Source: a virus. Taken from it: a stretch of DNA of 64,000 nucleotides. Every line of letters starts with the position of its first letter. Within the stretch, counting starts at the first letter, position 1. Where the stretch lies: IMG/VR virus record IMGVR_UViG_3300027811_000039, positions 21,149 through 85,148 of that record; one strand, 5' to 3'. A program made the translations under genes and the position numbers. The notes beneath the pieces were generated by a model, which worked only from the letters and a program-made list of their open reading frames with translations, was not told the origin of the DNA and made no database searches. Shown here in pieces: positions 35,718-45,438 of this stretch.

Positions 35718-36104
35718 TTAGCTAGATCCAAAAGTGCTTCCGATATTAGAAACAACGAAATATTTTACTGCTGATACGGCAATAAATTGCACAACTTCCC
35801 CTCTGGCACTTAAATTAAATGACCTTCCTGTACTTGATACGGTTGAACCAAAAAGGACTGTAGTTGTATTTGGAATAATCTTATACGAGGAAGATGAGCC
35901 AGATTGAACTAGGCAAATGACTGTTTTATCCACCCCAGCATAAAGCGGTGGATCAATTCTGAATGTTCTTACACCCGCCTTGGTTGAAGATAAGGTTGTT
36001 ACCCCATAACCAGTAATAGCTGTCCCTGTACTTGTAACAGCTTGTATAGCATATCTTTCATCATACGTTTTCATGAATGGACGTTGCTCTTTTTCAAATC
36101 CCAT
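35718..36104 (-). CDS. Ser/Thr-rich putative virion protein
   Basis: Directly after the major capsid gene, with beta-rich composition. Confidence 0.55.
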   Translation of the reverse strand: MGFEKEQRPFMKTYDERYAIQAVTSTGTAITGYGVTTLSSTKAGVRTFRIDPPLYAGVDKTVICLVQSGSSSSYKIIPNTTTVLFGSTVSSTGRSFNLSARGEVVQFIAVSAVKYFVVSNIGSTFGSS

Positions 36105-36137
36105 CTACTTTCACCTCCATCAAAAATGAAAATTACA

Positions 36138-36163
36138 GGGAAGGTCACTCTTTGAACCTTCCC
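36138..36163 (-). terminator. Hairpin after the major capsid gene
   Basis: GGGAAGGT-N10-ACCTTCCC with a weak U tract. Confidence 0.5.
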
Positions 36164-36174
36164 ATTATTTATGC

Positions 36175-37149
36175 CTAAGTTATAGCTGCCGAGAAGAAGC
36201 AACCTAAATCAGCCCCAACAACTTTTAAGCTATATGCCGATTCTCCTTCAATCCGATTAGCAGCATTTTGTTCCATGCGGAAATTCTTGATCCTGACACC
36301 TTCTGCTCCTGAACCAAAAAGTCCAGACCATGTGAACAGATACCCAGCAGAAGGTTGATACAAGCCTGGTGCTGGTGCAGCATATCCAAGGAATGCATTT
36401 TTACCATACACAAAACTATATGATGCTGTAGCAGTCTCATTTGCAGTATTCCTAACTGCCCTTGGTACAAGCACTCTCTCCACATCGAACAAAACAGCCA
36501 GAATTTCTTCTGTGATAACTCCTTTTTGGGTATATTTAACACGATCTAAAATATCTGGATGATTTTTCAATGTTGTATAAACCTGTGGCCCGAGAACTAG
36601 GCAATTCGGACGATAACCAGTTTTTTGAGAAATACTATCCGCTTCGTTCGTAATATCCTCAATAGGTGTACTGACGATATTATCCCAAAGTGTGAAATCA
36701 ACACCTCCAACTAGATCTGTCCCAGTCGTAGCACCAGTCCAAAGTCCAGTAGTGAAGAAATGTGTGACCCAATCAAGTTCACGTTTGAGAAGAATTTGTT
36801 GAGTTACATAAACGGTGTGTGATCTCTCAAGTTGCAACGGTTGATCTGCATTAGCTCTTGTTTGGTCGTCAAGATCCGCATGGTATCCGATTACATCACA
36901 AGAGTAATTATCTGTGCTCAAACGATATCCACCACCAGCAGTTTCTGCCCCCGGTGCCCTCAATTTAGCTTCACTACGGAAGAAATCAGCTTGTGAGAAT
37001 ACGAAATACTTATCACTCTTATTGGTAACTGGAACAATCGGAAATACTTTATTCGCAATGAAGTTACGTTCTGTATCCTGAATATATGCAATTGAAATGT
37101 TAGTTAATGCACGGTCTACATGAACATCCGATAAGGTAGGATTCGGCAT
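36175..37149 (-). CDS. Major capsid protein (HK97 fold, capsid protein E-like)
   Basis: P..SDVHVD..LTNIS+AY.Q....IA..VFP.VPV...G..PN.+V+G.....L..HP.I. Confidence 0.9.
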   Translation of the reverse strand: MPNPTLSDVHVDRALTNISIAYIQDTERNFIANKVFPIVPVTNKSDKYFVFSQADFFRSEAKLRAPGAETAGGGYRLSTDNYSCDVIGYHADLDDQTRANADQPLQLERSHTVYVTQQILLKRELDWVTHFFTTGLWTGATTGTDLVGGVDFTLWDNIVSTPIEDITNEADSISQKTGYRPNCLVLGPQVYTTLKNHPDILDRVKYTQKGVITEEILAVLFDVERVLVPRAVRNTANETATASYSFVYGKNAFLGYAAPAPGLYQPSAGYLFTWSGLFGSGAEGVRIKNFRMEQNAANRIEGESAYSLKVVGADLGCFFSAAIT

Positions 37150-37194
37150 ATCTGTTACCTCCTTCTATTTCTGTAATTAATAGCAATAAAAAAA

Positions 37195-37271
37195 CCCCCT
37201 AAAGTTGGCAACAAAAAAGCACGATCTTTACTGGGGGGGATTCAGTAATGGGCAATGCCCTAGATCGTGCT
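37195..37271 (-). other. Branched (three-way junction) structured intergenic element upstream of the capsid gene
   Basis: 10-bp outer stem 37218-27/37262-71 encloses two hairpins, followed by a U6 tract and a downstream GGGGG-U8. Confidence 0.55.
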
Positions 37272-37302
37272 AAATCTTAATTTTTTTTAAATCAAACTGA
37301 AT

Positions 37303-37689
37303 TTAGGTTGTCATACCAACTGCCGAGAAAGCAACAGTAGCAATTCCACTAGATGCAGAAGCAACAAGAACAGGCCCATACATTGATGCTTTTGCAGGAA
37401 TAGCAGCCGTACTATATGCCAATCCATTGTTTGCAATCCAGAAATTGCTACCCAAAGCCATTGCACTCCTACATGCAATCTTGGAAATACATCCGGGAAT
37501 CCAAATTTCACCTGCATCTCCGGTAATAGGATTATTCTGCAAAATACCAATAGGATAAATTGCGGTCGTTGTTGCCCCAATAGCAAAATAATCTGCTACT
37601 GTCGATGCCCTAACACCCTGATATTGTCGGTTTTGCATACTGCTAGAAGCAATGAGTGAGAAACTTAAATTTTTGATATCGTAAGCCAT
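37303..37689 (-). CDS. Head decoration / capsid cement protein
   Basis: G+LQN.P..G.A.E+...G.SK+ pattern, located between the scaffold and capsid genes. Confidence 0.7.
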   Translation of the reverse strand: MAYDIKNLSFSLIASSSMQNRQYQGVRASTVADYFAIGATTTAIYPIGILQNNPITGDAGEIWIPGCISKIACRSAMALGSNFWIANNGLAYSTAAIPAKASMYGPVLVASASSGIATVAFSAVGMTT

Positions 37690-38603
37690 TATTTACCGCT
37701 CCTTTCTTTGGTGTACTCATCATAGAGTTTAGGATTTTCCGCAAGAACCCGATCAACAGCCTGTGACATACTTTGTCCTTGACCTTTAGCAACATAACTT
37801 TTAGCCAATTCTTCAATCTTGGCCCAAGCACTATCACTAGTCCCAGTTGCCTCTGATCCGATTTCCTTAAACAAATCTGACTTTTCAATCTTGGCATTAG
37901 CATCTTTCAAAGCAGTTTCTAATGATAATCCATACTCTGCCGAAACTTCATATGCCTTTTTCAAAATGTCACCAACTACCATAGCAGTTCCAATATTCGG
38001 GTAACTAGCACCCTTCTCTTGGTACTCCTTGGTAATTCTGATTTCTCTTTCCGATTTCAGAACAGCTTCCAATTCATCAGCTTTCTTAATCGCAGATTCA
38101 TGTTCTTTCCAAAGCATCTGAACAAGTTCACGGGATTCTTCAGGAATAGCATCAAGATCCAATGACCCATCTTCTTTCTTCATCCTCTTTTTCTCCGCAA
38201 CAACAGGTGTTGGTTTAGGCATTTCTTTTCCTCCTTTTGGATTAGCTGGTTTTTCTATTTCCTCTTCTTCCATATCACCATAACCAGCCATGCTAATTAA
38301 TTTTTCCATGAAACTTTTCGGCATTTCTTCCTTATATGCCGACATTAATTTGAGTGCCCCTTTTGCAGCCTTACACGCTTTTTCACTCAACTTCATTTTT
38401 TTCATGATGTTTTCGATGCTCTCAGCATTCTCTAAATCAATGTCTAATTCATCAAGTGATTTCAAGACATCATCCAATTTGTCCAAGTTGTCTCCTCCTT
38501 TTTGTTTTAAGAGTAAGAATAACCGCTCATTTGCAGGTTTAGCTACCAAGGATATTTCTTCAACATTCAACCCTTTAAGCTCATTGATAAACAATTGTGC
38601 CAC
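37689..38603 (-). CDS. Scaffolding protein
   Basis: L.V.EISLV..PAN N-terminus and Lys/Glu-rich helical body. Confidence 0.65.
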   Translation of the reverse strand: MAQLFINELKGLNVEEISLVAKPANERLFLLLKQKGGDNLDKLDDVLKSLDELDIDLENAESIENIMKKMKLSEKACKAAKGALKLMSAYKEEMPKSFMEKLISMAGYGDMEEEEIEKPANPKGGKEMPKPTPVVAEKKRMKKEDGSLDLDAIPEESRELVQMLWKEHESAIKKADELEAVLKSEREIRITKEYQEKGASYPNIGTAMVVGDILKKAYEVSAEYGLSLETALKDANAKIEKSDLFKEIGSEATGTSDSAWAKIEELAKSYVAKGQGQSMSQAVDRVLAENPKLYDEYTKERSGK

Positions 38604-38609
38604 CCCCCC

Positions 38610-40073
38610 TTAGCTGACTGGCTTATCTACTGGTATCCTCCTAGAAAATCCACCAATTGAAAAACCATTGAACTTTTTTTCCTTGATCGAATCCCACATT
38701 TTGGCATCGTTGATCTTAACAGCCATTATCCAAGTGCCTTTTACGATATCTTGACCACCTAATTTAAAATCCAATGGTGCAAGATAACTTTCAACGACAT
38801 TTGCCTTGGCCTTGCCCTTGTGCGACTCTCCTACAACTCTGGAATCTTGCAAATAGATATGTGCAGTTTTTTCTATTTCCTCTGCACCTATTGTGTCATT
38901 CTGAGCATCGACACTTCCCGGTTCTAAAACTATGCCATACACAAGTTGCTTTTCTACATCAGCCTTGATTATATCTGCATAGATTTTTTCATCTTTTTCA
39001 TCACTAGGTTTTACTTTCTTCTTCGGCCTCTTCCAATCTGTAGAATCTATATGGACATCCCCTACGCTTGGCAACCCCTTATTAATTTCTTCAAGTTTAA
39101 TCTTGATTTGTTTAAGTTTTCTTCCAACCTCACCAGAATCATTAAACTTTCGGATTGCCATAGGGTGCGGTAAAACAAAATCAACATCTCCATCAAGAGC
39201 TTTTTTGGCCTTTTGCCCTAAAGCTACAATTACCTTTGGATTAGCTCTTTCTAATTCACCATCCAACCAATCTTTCCAATTACCAACTTCCACATCTGTT
39301 GGTTCCCTGACATTCCCCGATTTATCAACCAATAACATTGGTACAACATTAGTTAGAAATATATCATTACGGCCCAACCCTAATGGTTTGATATACATTT
39401 CATTAAAAGTTTCCCCACACGGCCCAACGAATGCTTCCCCTCGTAAATATTCAATCTTTCCCGGTGATGCTCCGACAAACGCTATTTCCGAATTTGCCCC
39501 ACCTGAACTCTTAACCATTGGAACTAATTCATCGCTTTTTTCTACTGGAGGAATTTCCTTTTTAAATGGACTGACCAATTTTTCATCTTCCCAAATCTTT
39601 CGCATTTTTGCATAGTATTTGTCAACATGATCTTTCATTCCCTGTATATCTTCTTTTGGAACATTTATTTGCGATGTTCCACCTTCTAGCATAGCCCCAT
39701 TTAAAATTGCTGCAGAAGTAAATATTGCTCTAGGTATCGCCATCAATTTTCCATCAATCACATTTGCAATTGGAAATTTATATCCACCAAAAGCTTCCTT
39801 GTTTTCATCATCAACCCATAAGAAACCTTGGCTAAATTTACCCCAATTTATATCTTCCTTATCCGTTCCCCTTGCCCACTCTCTGATATTTTTTTCCGCT
39901 TCTGATCCATCCCATTCCAATTCTCTATCAGCAATGGGCAAATCCTTGAACGGTGTTACTCCCTTTATGATTTCCTCTGGAACTGCTATTTCATGGATCT
40001 TGTCAAATGTTTCTTTTGGTATAAATTTTTTGAGAGTATCCAAGACTACATCTAAATACTCCTGAACTTGCAT
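38610..40073 (-). CDS. XkdF-like prohead protease-family protein with a central uracil-DNA-glycosylase-like domain
   Basis: C-terminal LVYG+VLEP..VD.Q.D...EEIEK.AH...H...VVESY.AP...GTW+M...W..+K...+NGFSIGG. Central FVG.SPG..E...G.AFVG..G...TNVV...P.VIVALG..A...HP. Confidence 0.8.
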   Translation of the reverse strand: MQVQEYLDVVLDTLKKFIPKETFDKIHEIAVPEEIIKGVTPFKDLPIADRELEWDGSEAEKNIREWARGTDKEDINWGKFSQGFLWVDDENKEAFGGYKFPIANVIDGKLMAIPRAIFTSAAILNGAMLEGGTSQINVPKEDIQGMKDHVDKYYAKMRKIWEDEKLVSPFKKEIPPVEKSDELVPMVKSSGGANSEIAFVGASPGKIEYLRGEAFVGPCGETFNEMYIKPLGLGRNDIFLTNVVPMLLVDKSGNVREPTDVEVGNWKDWLDGELERANPKVIVALGQKAKKALDGDVDFVLPHPMAIRKFNDSGEVGRKLKQIKIKLEEINKGLPSVGDVHIDSTDWKRPKKKVKPSDEKDEKIYADIIKADVEKQLVYGIVLEPGSVDAQNDTIGAEEIEKTAHIYLQDSRVVGESHKGKAKANVVESYLAPLDFKLGGQDIVKGTWIMAVKINDAKMWDSIKEKKFNGFSIGGFSRRIPVDKPVS

Positions 40074-40135
40074 TATCAATCTCTCCTTCCTCTCAAAAAT
40101 AATAAAAAGCACCGACTAAACCAGATACATTTTAA

Positions 40136-40429
40136 TTAAATCAATGCATCGGTAGTCGGTGCTACTCTTGAATCTGCAAGATGAACATACTTGCACTTAT
40201 TACATTTTATTTGAACTCTTCCATCAGCAAAACCTAAAAGGTGATTACACATCGGACACCTTATTGCTTCAAGATTTATAGTGCTCGGATGGATAATTGT
40301 TTTCCACCTATAATCCTCTAGGATTGCCCCATTACTCTCAAATATGACATTTGAAGAGTTACATACCACATTCTCTTTAAGCACTCTCATTTGCCCTTTA
40401 AAACTCCTCTCCTTGGAATTTTGTTTCAA
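40136..40429 (-). CDS. Com-like zinc-ribbon regulator (true start likely internal)
   Basis: IRCPMCNHLLG...+QIKC.KC. Confidence 0.55.
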   Translation of the reverse strand: MKQNSKERSFKGQMRVLKENVVCNSSNVIFESNGAILEDYRWKTIIHPSTINLEAIRCPMCNHLLGFADGRVQIKCNKCKYVHLADSRVAPTTDALI

Positions 40430-40435
40430 TGGACA

Positions 40436-40717
40436 TCATGCTTCTCTCTCCATTCTCTCCTTCTCTGCCCTTACCCTATTTGCCTCTCCTCCCCGCTTAT
40501 GTCTTTCCGATCTGTTATATTTCAAAATCGTAATAACTTCCTCATATAATGCAATATCAATTTCCTTCAAAAATTTCTGCAGATCTCTATGAACTGTACT
40601 TTTGCTTACTCCGAATTCTTCTGCAGTTACCCTAATTGTTGATTCATTTTCAACAATAAAATTTGCTTCCAATACTGCTCTCTGATGGATCAATTCTCGT
40701 AATGCTGAATTAATCAT
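40436..40717 (-). CDS. spoIIID: SpoIIID-like sporulation transcription factor
   Basis: T+R..A.EFGVSKSTVH+DL...L.EI...L..EV..IL.Y.+S.RH.RGGEA matches SpoIIID. Confidence 0.9.
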   Translation of the reverse strand: MINSALRELIHQRAVLEANFIVENESTIRVTAEEFGVSKSTVHRDLQKFLKEIDIALYEEVITILKYNRSERHKRGGEANRVRAEKERMEREA

Positions 40718-40761
40718 TAGAAATTGGCTCCCCCCTAATTCCTAAAAATATACCCATATCA

Positions 40762-41688
40762 TTAAATGAAAACAAGTCCCATTGCACATCTGCAATGAGG
40801 GTGAAGCGTCGGGGTTAATGATATATAACTTTTTCCCGAAAGTAACGGTGTCCCAAAGCTTTCCTCCAACCCAACTATTTTTCCATTAAGACTATTACAC
40901 CACGCACATAAACGATCATCTGGTGTCGTAATCCATTTCCTCCTAGTAGTTGCGGTATCAAGTAATCCTTGTTCTACCGACTGTAACCATAATGACTGTT
41001 GCCCCATATTTGCTGCCGTGATAGTCTCTGTTCTTGCGATATTCCTTGACCTATAGATAAGCAAATCCCGAGCATATGCCCTAGTTCTTTGCTCAATCAC
41101 TTTATCTGAAAGCTTTTGAATAATTAATGTTCTTCTCAAATTATTTACTGCCCTTGCTTGCCTCTCAGTAAGTCCAACTATTTTACTGATCTCTTTTGCC
41201 GATTCATAAGGATGCAACCCCTCAACAAAAGCATCATTTATTATTGTTCTTACCGCTTTCCTAGTTTCTTCCGTAATCTCAACAATTAACTTTCCAGTAT
41301 GATCCTTGATATAATCCAACGACTTTGGATTCAAAGTGTTAAAGCTTGCATTCATTCTGATTCCTCTAGGTAAAAAGGGTATTGATTTTTCCCCTGCACT
41401 ATCAAATACCGCTTTGTAAATTAGTGAAATCTTAACCATTTCAGATTCAAAAATTCCCCAAGGTATGGATTCCATAACACCATTAATAGATACGATTTCT
41501 AGAGCACTTCTCATTTCATTGATATTGATATTTCCCTTAGTCCTCTCAACTGCTTGCATGAATGCTTCTACCATCTGTGGTTGATAACCATCAGCCACAC
41601 CATGTATCATGTTCCATTCTTTATCACCATAAGAACCCTTATATATAATCTTTATTTTTGGTTCCCTAAATCTAAACATGGCAATCAT
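40762..41688 (-). CDS. Phage minor head morphogenesis protein (MuF-like)
   Basis: IARTETI.A.N.G...KWITT.DDR.C..C..LNG...P.LHP.CRC. Confidence 0.9.
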   Translation of the reverse strand: MIAMFRFREPKIKIIYKGSYGDKEWNMIHGVADGYQPQMVEAFMQAVERTKGNININEMRSALEIVSINGVMESIPWGIFESEMVKISLIYKAVFDSAGEKSIPFLPRGIRMNASFNTLNPKSLDYIKDHTGKLIVEITEETRKAVRTIINDAFVEGLHPYESAKEISKIVGLTERQARAVNNLRRTLIIQKLSDKVIEQRTRAYARDLLIYRSRNIARTETITAANMGQQSLWLQSVEQGLLDTATTRRKWITTPDDRLCAWCNSLNGKIVGLEESFGTPLLSGKSYISLTPTLHPHCRCAMGLVFI

Positions 41689-43010
41689 TCCTTAACTGAA
41701 ACTGGAAGTCCTGCTGTTTTTCTCAAATAATCCTCTAGTTCATCATCTGGGAATAACGGTGCTCCTGCTCCTGCTAATCTTGAAATATAATTACCAAGTT
41801 CTTCCAGATCTGGACTTTCTATATCTCCATGCTCTAGGGTTGGTAACTTTTCAAGATTGAAACCATTAAGTGCTAACAACCTTGGGATTGCATAACGATT
41901 AAATGTCGCTGCAATTGAATCCAACCAAGTTCCCAATGCCGTACTAAATAATTTTGTCTTATCTGAACTTAATGCATATGACCCATTCGGTGTAGCAGTT
42001 CCCAATAATATGAAATCTGCCATAACTGTCATTGCTAATCTTTGGTCAAGCCTTGTTATGATTTGATTGGTATCAAAATTCCTTCTGCCACCACTCGTCA
42101 ATAACTCCAACCTAACCAATTGATTATTCTGTTCATCATAAATTGCTGGTAAAACTGCTCCCTCTTGTTCATCTCTCCTAATATTGGTCACAAGCTTTTT
42201 CATCGCATTATAAGCATCTTTTTCCCCTGCCGTAGCATTAACATCCGTCCATTCAACTGGCACATACACAACTGGATACCCAGCTAATTCCCTCTCGACC
42301 CCAATGGCCTCATAAGTCTCGATCCTTTTCTTGATGTACCATGTTCGATAAGCACATCTCAATATAGATCTACCTTCTGGATTATTTTTATGAATTCCAG
42401 TTCTGAACAATAATGCTTTTTCGATAGGAATTGTTCGATATTGATAATCTGGTGGTGGAAGCTGAATCATTGCTTGAATTCCTCCACCTTCATCAAACAC
42501 CCAACGCCACAAAGTTTCCTGTGCTCTTATCGGTATCTTCCTCCAACCAATTTTTCCATCAGTAAACCTACTATTCTTGGTCGGATCCCTACTCTCCCCA
42601 AGTCTCCTTTTATATACAATTTCATGGTAAGAGAATCCATAAATCAAAAAGGAAAGTATTTCAGATATGGTATCCTCCCATGTACTGGACATATCCACTA
42701 AGCACGATTCAACGAACTTACTCGCTTCTTCGTCTTTTGTATCTCCTCCCCCCGCTTGCACCCTCCACGGCACTTGCCTAATCAACATATCAATAACGAA
42801 TAAAATTGCACCGATAACACTATCATTTTCGGACATTTCCTTATAAATGCGAACCCTTGTATCAAAGCTAGAAAGTTGTTTTAATTGTTCTTCATAGACA
42901 TAACCTGAGTATTCAATTAACCCAGTACGCCCCAATTCTCTAGTTGCAATCTGAGGCGTTACTCCCTGCTTCTTTACTTTTACTTCCGAATCATTTGGTG
43001 GTTGTGCCAT
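41685..43010 (-). CDS. Portal protein (DUF935/Mu gp29-like)
   Basis: SF+.YG+S.HEIVY...W++..+R.QE...NPEG.S+LR..Y..W..K...E..G.ER...G.P, following terL. Confidence 0.9.
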   Translation of the reverse strand: MAQPPNDSEVKVKKQGVTPQIATRELGRTGLIEYSGYVYEEQLKQLSSFDTRVRIYKEMSENDSVIGAILFVIDMLIRQVPWRVQAGGGDTKDEEASKFVESCLVDMSSTWEDTISEILSFLIYGFSYHEIVYKRRLGESRDPTKNSRFTDGKIGWRKIPIRAQETLWRWVFDEGGGIQAMIQLPPPDYQYRTIPIEKALLFRTGIHKNNPEGRSILRCAYRTWYIKKRIETYEAIGVERELAGYPVVYVPVEWTDVNATAGEKDAYNAMKKLVTNIRRDEQEGAVLPAIYDEQNNQLVRLELLTSGGRRNFDTNQIITRLDQRLAMTVMADFILLGTATPNGSYALSSDKTKLFSTALGTWLDSIAATFNRYAIPRLLALNGFNLEKLPTLEHGDIESPDLEELGNYISRLAGAGAPLFPDDELEDYLRKTAGLPVSVKE

Positions 43011-43195
43011 CCACTACTCGCCTCCCTCTCCCGAAGGCAGAAGTCAAGTGCTTTCCTTAGAGTCCAAGTTGTAGATTCGGATATTCGCCTAATAATCCAA
43101 AATTCCAGATCATTCAGCAGACACTCTCTTTCCACTTCCTGTTCCTCGCTAACCATCATCGCTAATTTTTGATAGTGTTCTAATACCTTACCCAC
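42980..43195 (-). CDS. Hypothetical protein
   Basis: ORF with AAGGGGTG RBS between terL and portal. Confidence 0.5.
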   Translation of the reverse strand: MGKVLEHYQKLAMMVSEEQEVERECLLNDLEFWIIRRISESTTWTLRKALDFCLREREASSGWHNHQMIRK

Positions 43196-43241
43196 TCATA
43201 TCACCCCTTTCTCTAAGTCAATACCTCAACCCATTAGCCTT

Positions 43242-44576
43242 TTAAAATTTGTGCGGGCTATCCCGAGAAAAATCTTCAATGCCCGCAGGGTTATAACTCA
43301 TGATTTTCTTTAACCCACCCATTAATTCAGTTATGGCAAAAACAAGAGCATCAATTCTATCTGGTGAATCTGGATCACTTTCTGGATCCCACTCAATCAT
43401 CTGAGTTTCTAAATCAGGAAACAACCCCACATGATGCACACGATTTTGTTCATATAATGCTGCTACTGGTTCAGCTCTTACCTTTTTTCCCTTACTTGAA
43501 TGCACGCCCCTGAACGCCACATTTGTATCAATTGTTTTTATAACGTGTTGAACCATATCCCCACCTTGATTTATTTCTGCAACAACCCTATCTGCTAACA
43601 ATTTATTGTAAAGCGAAACTACCGCATTGCCCCATCCATTCGGAGATTCAATGCATGACTTATCATCCAACACATAGAATTCACCATCAATTCCCTTCCC
43701 TACGGCAACAATTCCTGTTTCATCCGATTTTTTATTTGCCGTAATAGCTGGATCCACCCCAACCACAATTCTCACCAATCTTGGATGTTTATTAACTCTT
43801 GTCTCTTCAATATTTTTGCTCTTCCACAATGCTTTTGGATTATCGTCAAGAACTTTACCATAAATTTCCTGTTGTCCAATCCTTGTTCCCTTAAACCTCT
43901 CGATAATTGAACTAAAAAAAACAGGAGATAAATTATCCCTGTTTTCAAAAGTAGATCCTCTAGTCACATAAACATTCGGATCATTTATTAATCTTTTAAT
44001 AGTTGCAGTCGGCCTTGGTGTCGTAGTTATGATACACCTCGGATCATTCCCGATCCTCAAACAAAACGCAATCATATCCATGACTTCTTTTTGTTTTCGA
44101 GCAGAACATAATTCGTCAATCCAAGCTGTATCTATATTCGGGCCACGCAATTGATCTGGTTCATCACCCGAATAAGTTATTGCGATTGCTCCAGTATGAA
44201 ATGTTATTTTCCTCTTTGATGGCTCATACATCGGCCTCTTATACTTTGGGAAAACACTTAAAACACCACTAGGCCCCTCAACCATTACGTCTCTAATATC
44301 TGCCGTTCTCGGTGCAACCAAAGCAATATATTTCGATTTGTGAGCATCAACTCTTTCACGAATCCACTCTGCAGCCATCTTGGTTTTTCCATATCCTCTT
44401 CCAGCCAAAACCAACCAATATGTCCAATCTCCCTCTGGTTCAATCTGATTCTGCCTTGCCCATAATCCCCTCCAATCATAATACAAAAATTCTACTTCTT
44501 CCGATGAAAGGTTTTTTATGAATTCTTCTTTCTGTTCCTTGCCTAGTAATCTAAATTTTGCAAACGAATCTTTCAA
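43242..44576 (-). CDS. Terminase large subunit
   Basis: Walker A LAGRGYGKT, Walker B AWIDE, nuclease VGVDP...SDETG and SPDR+DAL. Confidence 0.97.
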   Translation of the reverse strand: MKDSFAKFRLLGKEQKEEFIKNLSSEEVEFLYYDWRGLWARQNQIEPEGDWTYWLVLAGRGYGKTKMAAEWIRERVDAHKSKYIALVAPRTADIRDVMVEGPSGVLSVFPKYKRPMYEPSKRKITFHTGAIAITYSGDEPDQLRGPNIDTAWIDELCSARKQKEVMDMIAFCLRIGNDPRCIITTTPRPTATIKRLINDPNVYVTRGSTFENRDNLSPVFFSSIIERFKGTRIGQQEIYGKVLDDNPKALWKSKNIEETRVNKHPRLVRIVVGVDPAITANKKSDETGIVAVGKGIDGEFYVLDDKSCIESPNGWGNAVVSLYNKLLADRVVAEINQGGDMVQHVIKTIDTNVAFRGVHSSKGKKVRAEPVAALYEQNRVHHVGLFPDLETQMIEWDPESDPDSPDRIDALVFAITELMGGLKKIMSYNPAGIEDFSRDSPHKF

Positions 44577-44733
44577 AATACTTCAACCCCACAACATCGT
44601 TCGCTTTATTATTTTAATTTGCGTACCTTCGCCCATCTTATTACGCAGCAGTTCCCCTAGCATCACTCATGACAATCCATGTAATTGCGGAAGCTACAAT
44701 GAATCGCACTAGAACCGCCCCCATTAATTCACA

Positions 44734-45438
44734 TCAAATTAGGCATCTAAGTAATTCAAATCCCTCTGCTGAACTCATTCCCACTATTGACCCCATATTA
44801 CAGGCCATTAATTGAACTAATTCAGTCGATCTAGGATGCGGGAAATCTCTGATCTCCGTGTCATAACATTTCAACGCATTCACCTTTAATTCTGTGAATA
44901 ATCCAACATCCATAAAAACATTCGGGCTAAAACTCCCAAATGCCGAAAATGTCCATTCTGTACTCGATGGTATCGGGAACATATAAATAGCTGCAACCCT
45001 ATGTTTGCCCTGCATCGGCCTTGTTGCCGTAATTACTGCCCTATTTGTAATACAATGATCAATATTTAGATCCTTTTGAGAATGCGTGAATATGCAATCT
45101 GGTTTTATCTCTTCAATGATTTCCTCAATAGATTTAACTATGGTCAATAATGGAACAGTATCGAACTTATTGTCTGGATAATCAAAAAATCTCATATATT
45201 TCTTAGTTTCTACCTTTGGGATCCCCATCAATACAGACATCGCAGACCTTGATTTCTCTTTGACTTTTTCTTTCTCGAAATCTAATAACTTATCATTATC
45301 AGTCCTTGATGTTAATCCATAACTCATATACACAATATGGACGTTTTGTTCATCCATCCTCACCGATCTAGCTATAATTCCACCACATCCAAGCACTTCA
45401 TCATCTGGATGGGCAGCTATCACCATTATCTCAGGCAT
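44734..45438 (-). CDS. PIG-L/LmbE-family deacetylase
   Basis: AAHPDDEVLGCGG...D+N+DH. Confidence 0.9.
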   Translation of the reverse strand: MPEIMVIAAHPDDEVLGCGGIIARSVRMDEQNVHIVYMSYGLTSRTDNDKLLDFEKEKVKEKSRSAMSVLMGIPKVETKKYMRFFDYPDNKFDTVPLLTIVKSIEEIIEEIKPDCIFTHSQKDLNIDHCITNRAVITATRPMQGKHRVAAIYMFPIPSSTEWTFSAFGSFSPNVFMDVGLFTELKVNALKCYDTEIRDFPHPRSTELVQLMACNMGSIVGMSSAEGFELLRCLI

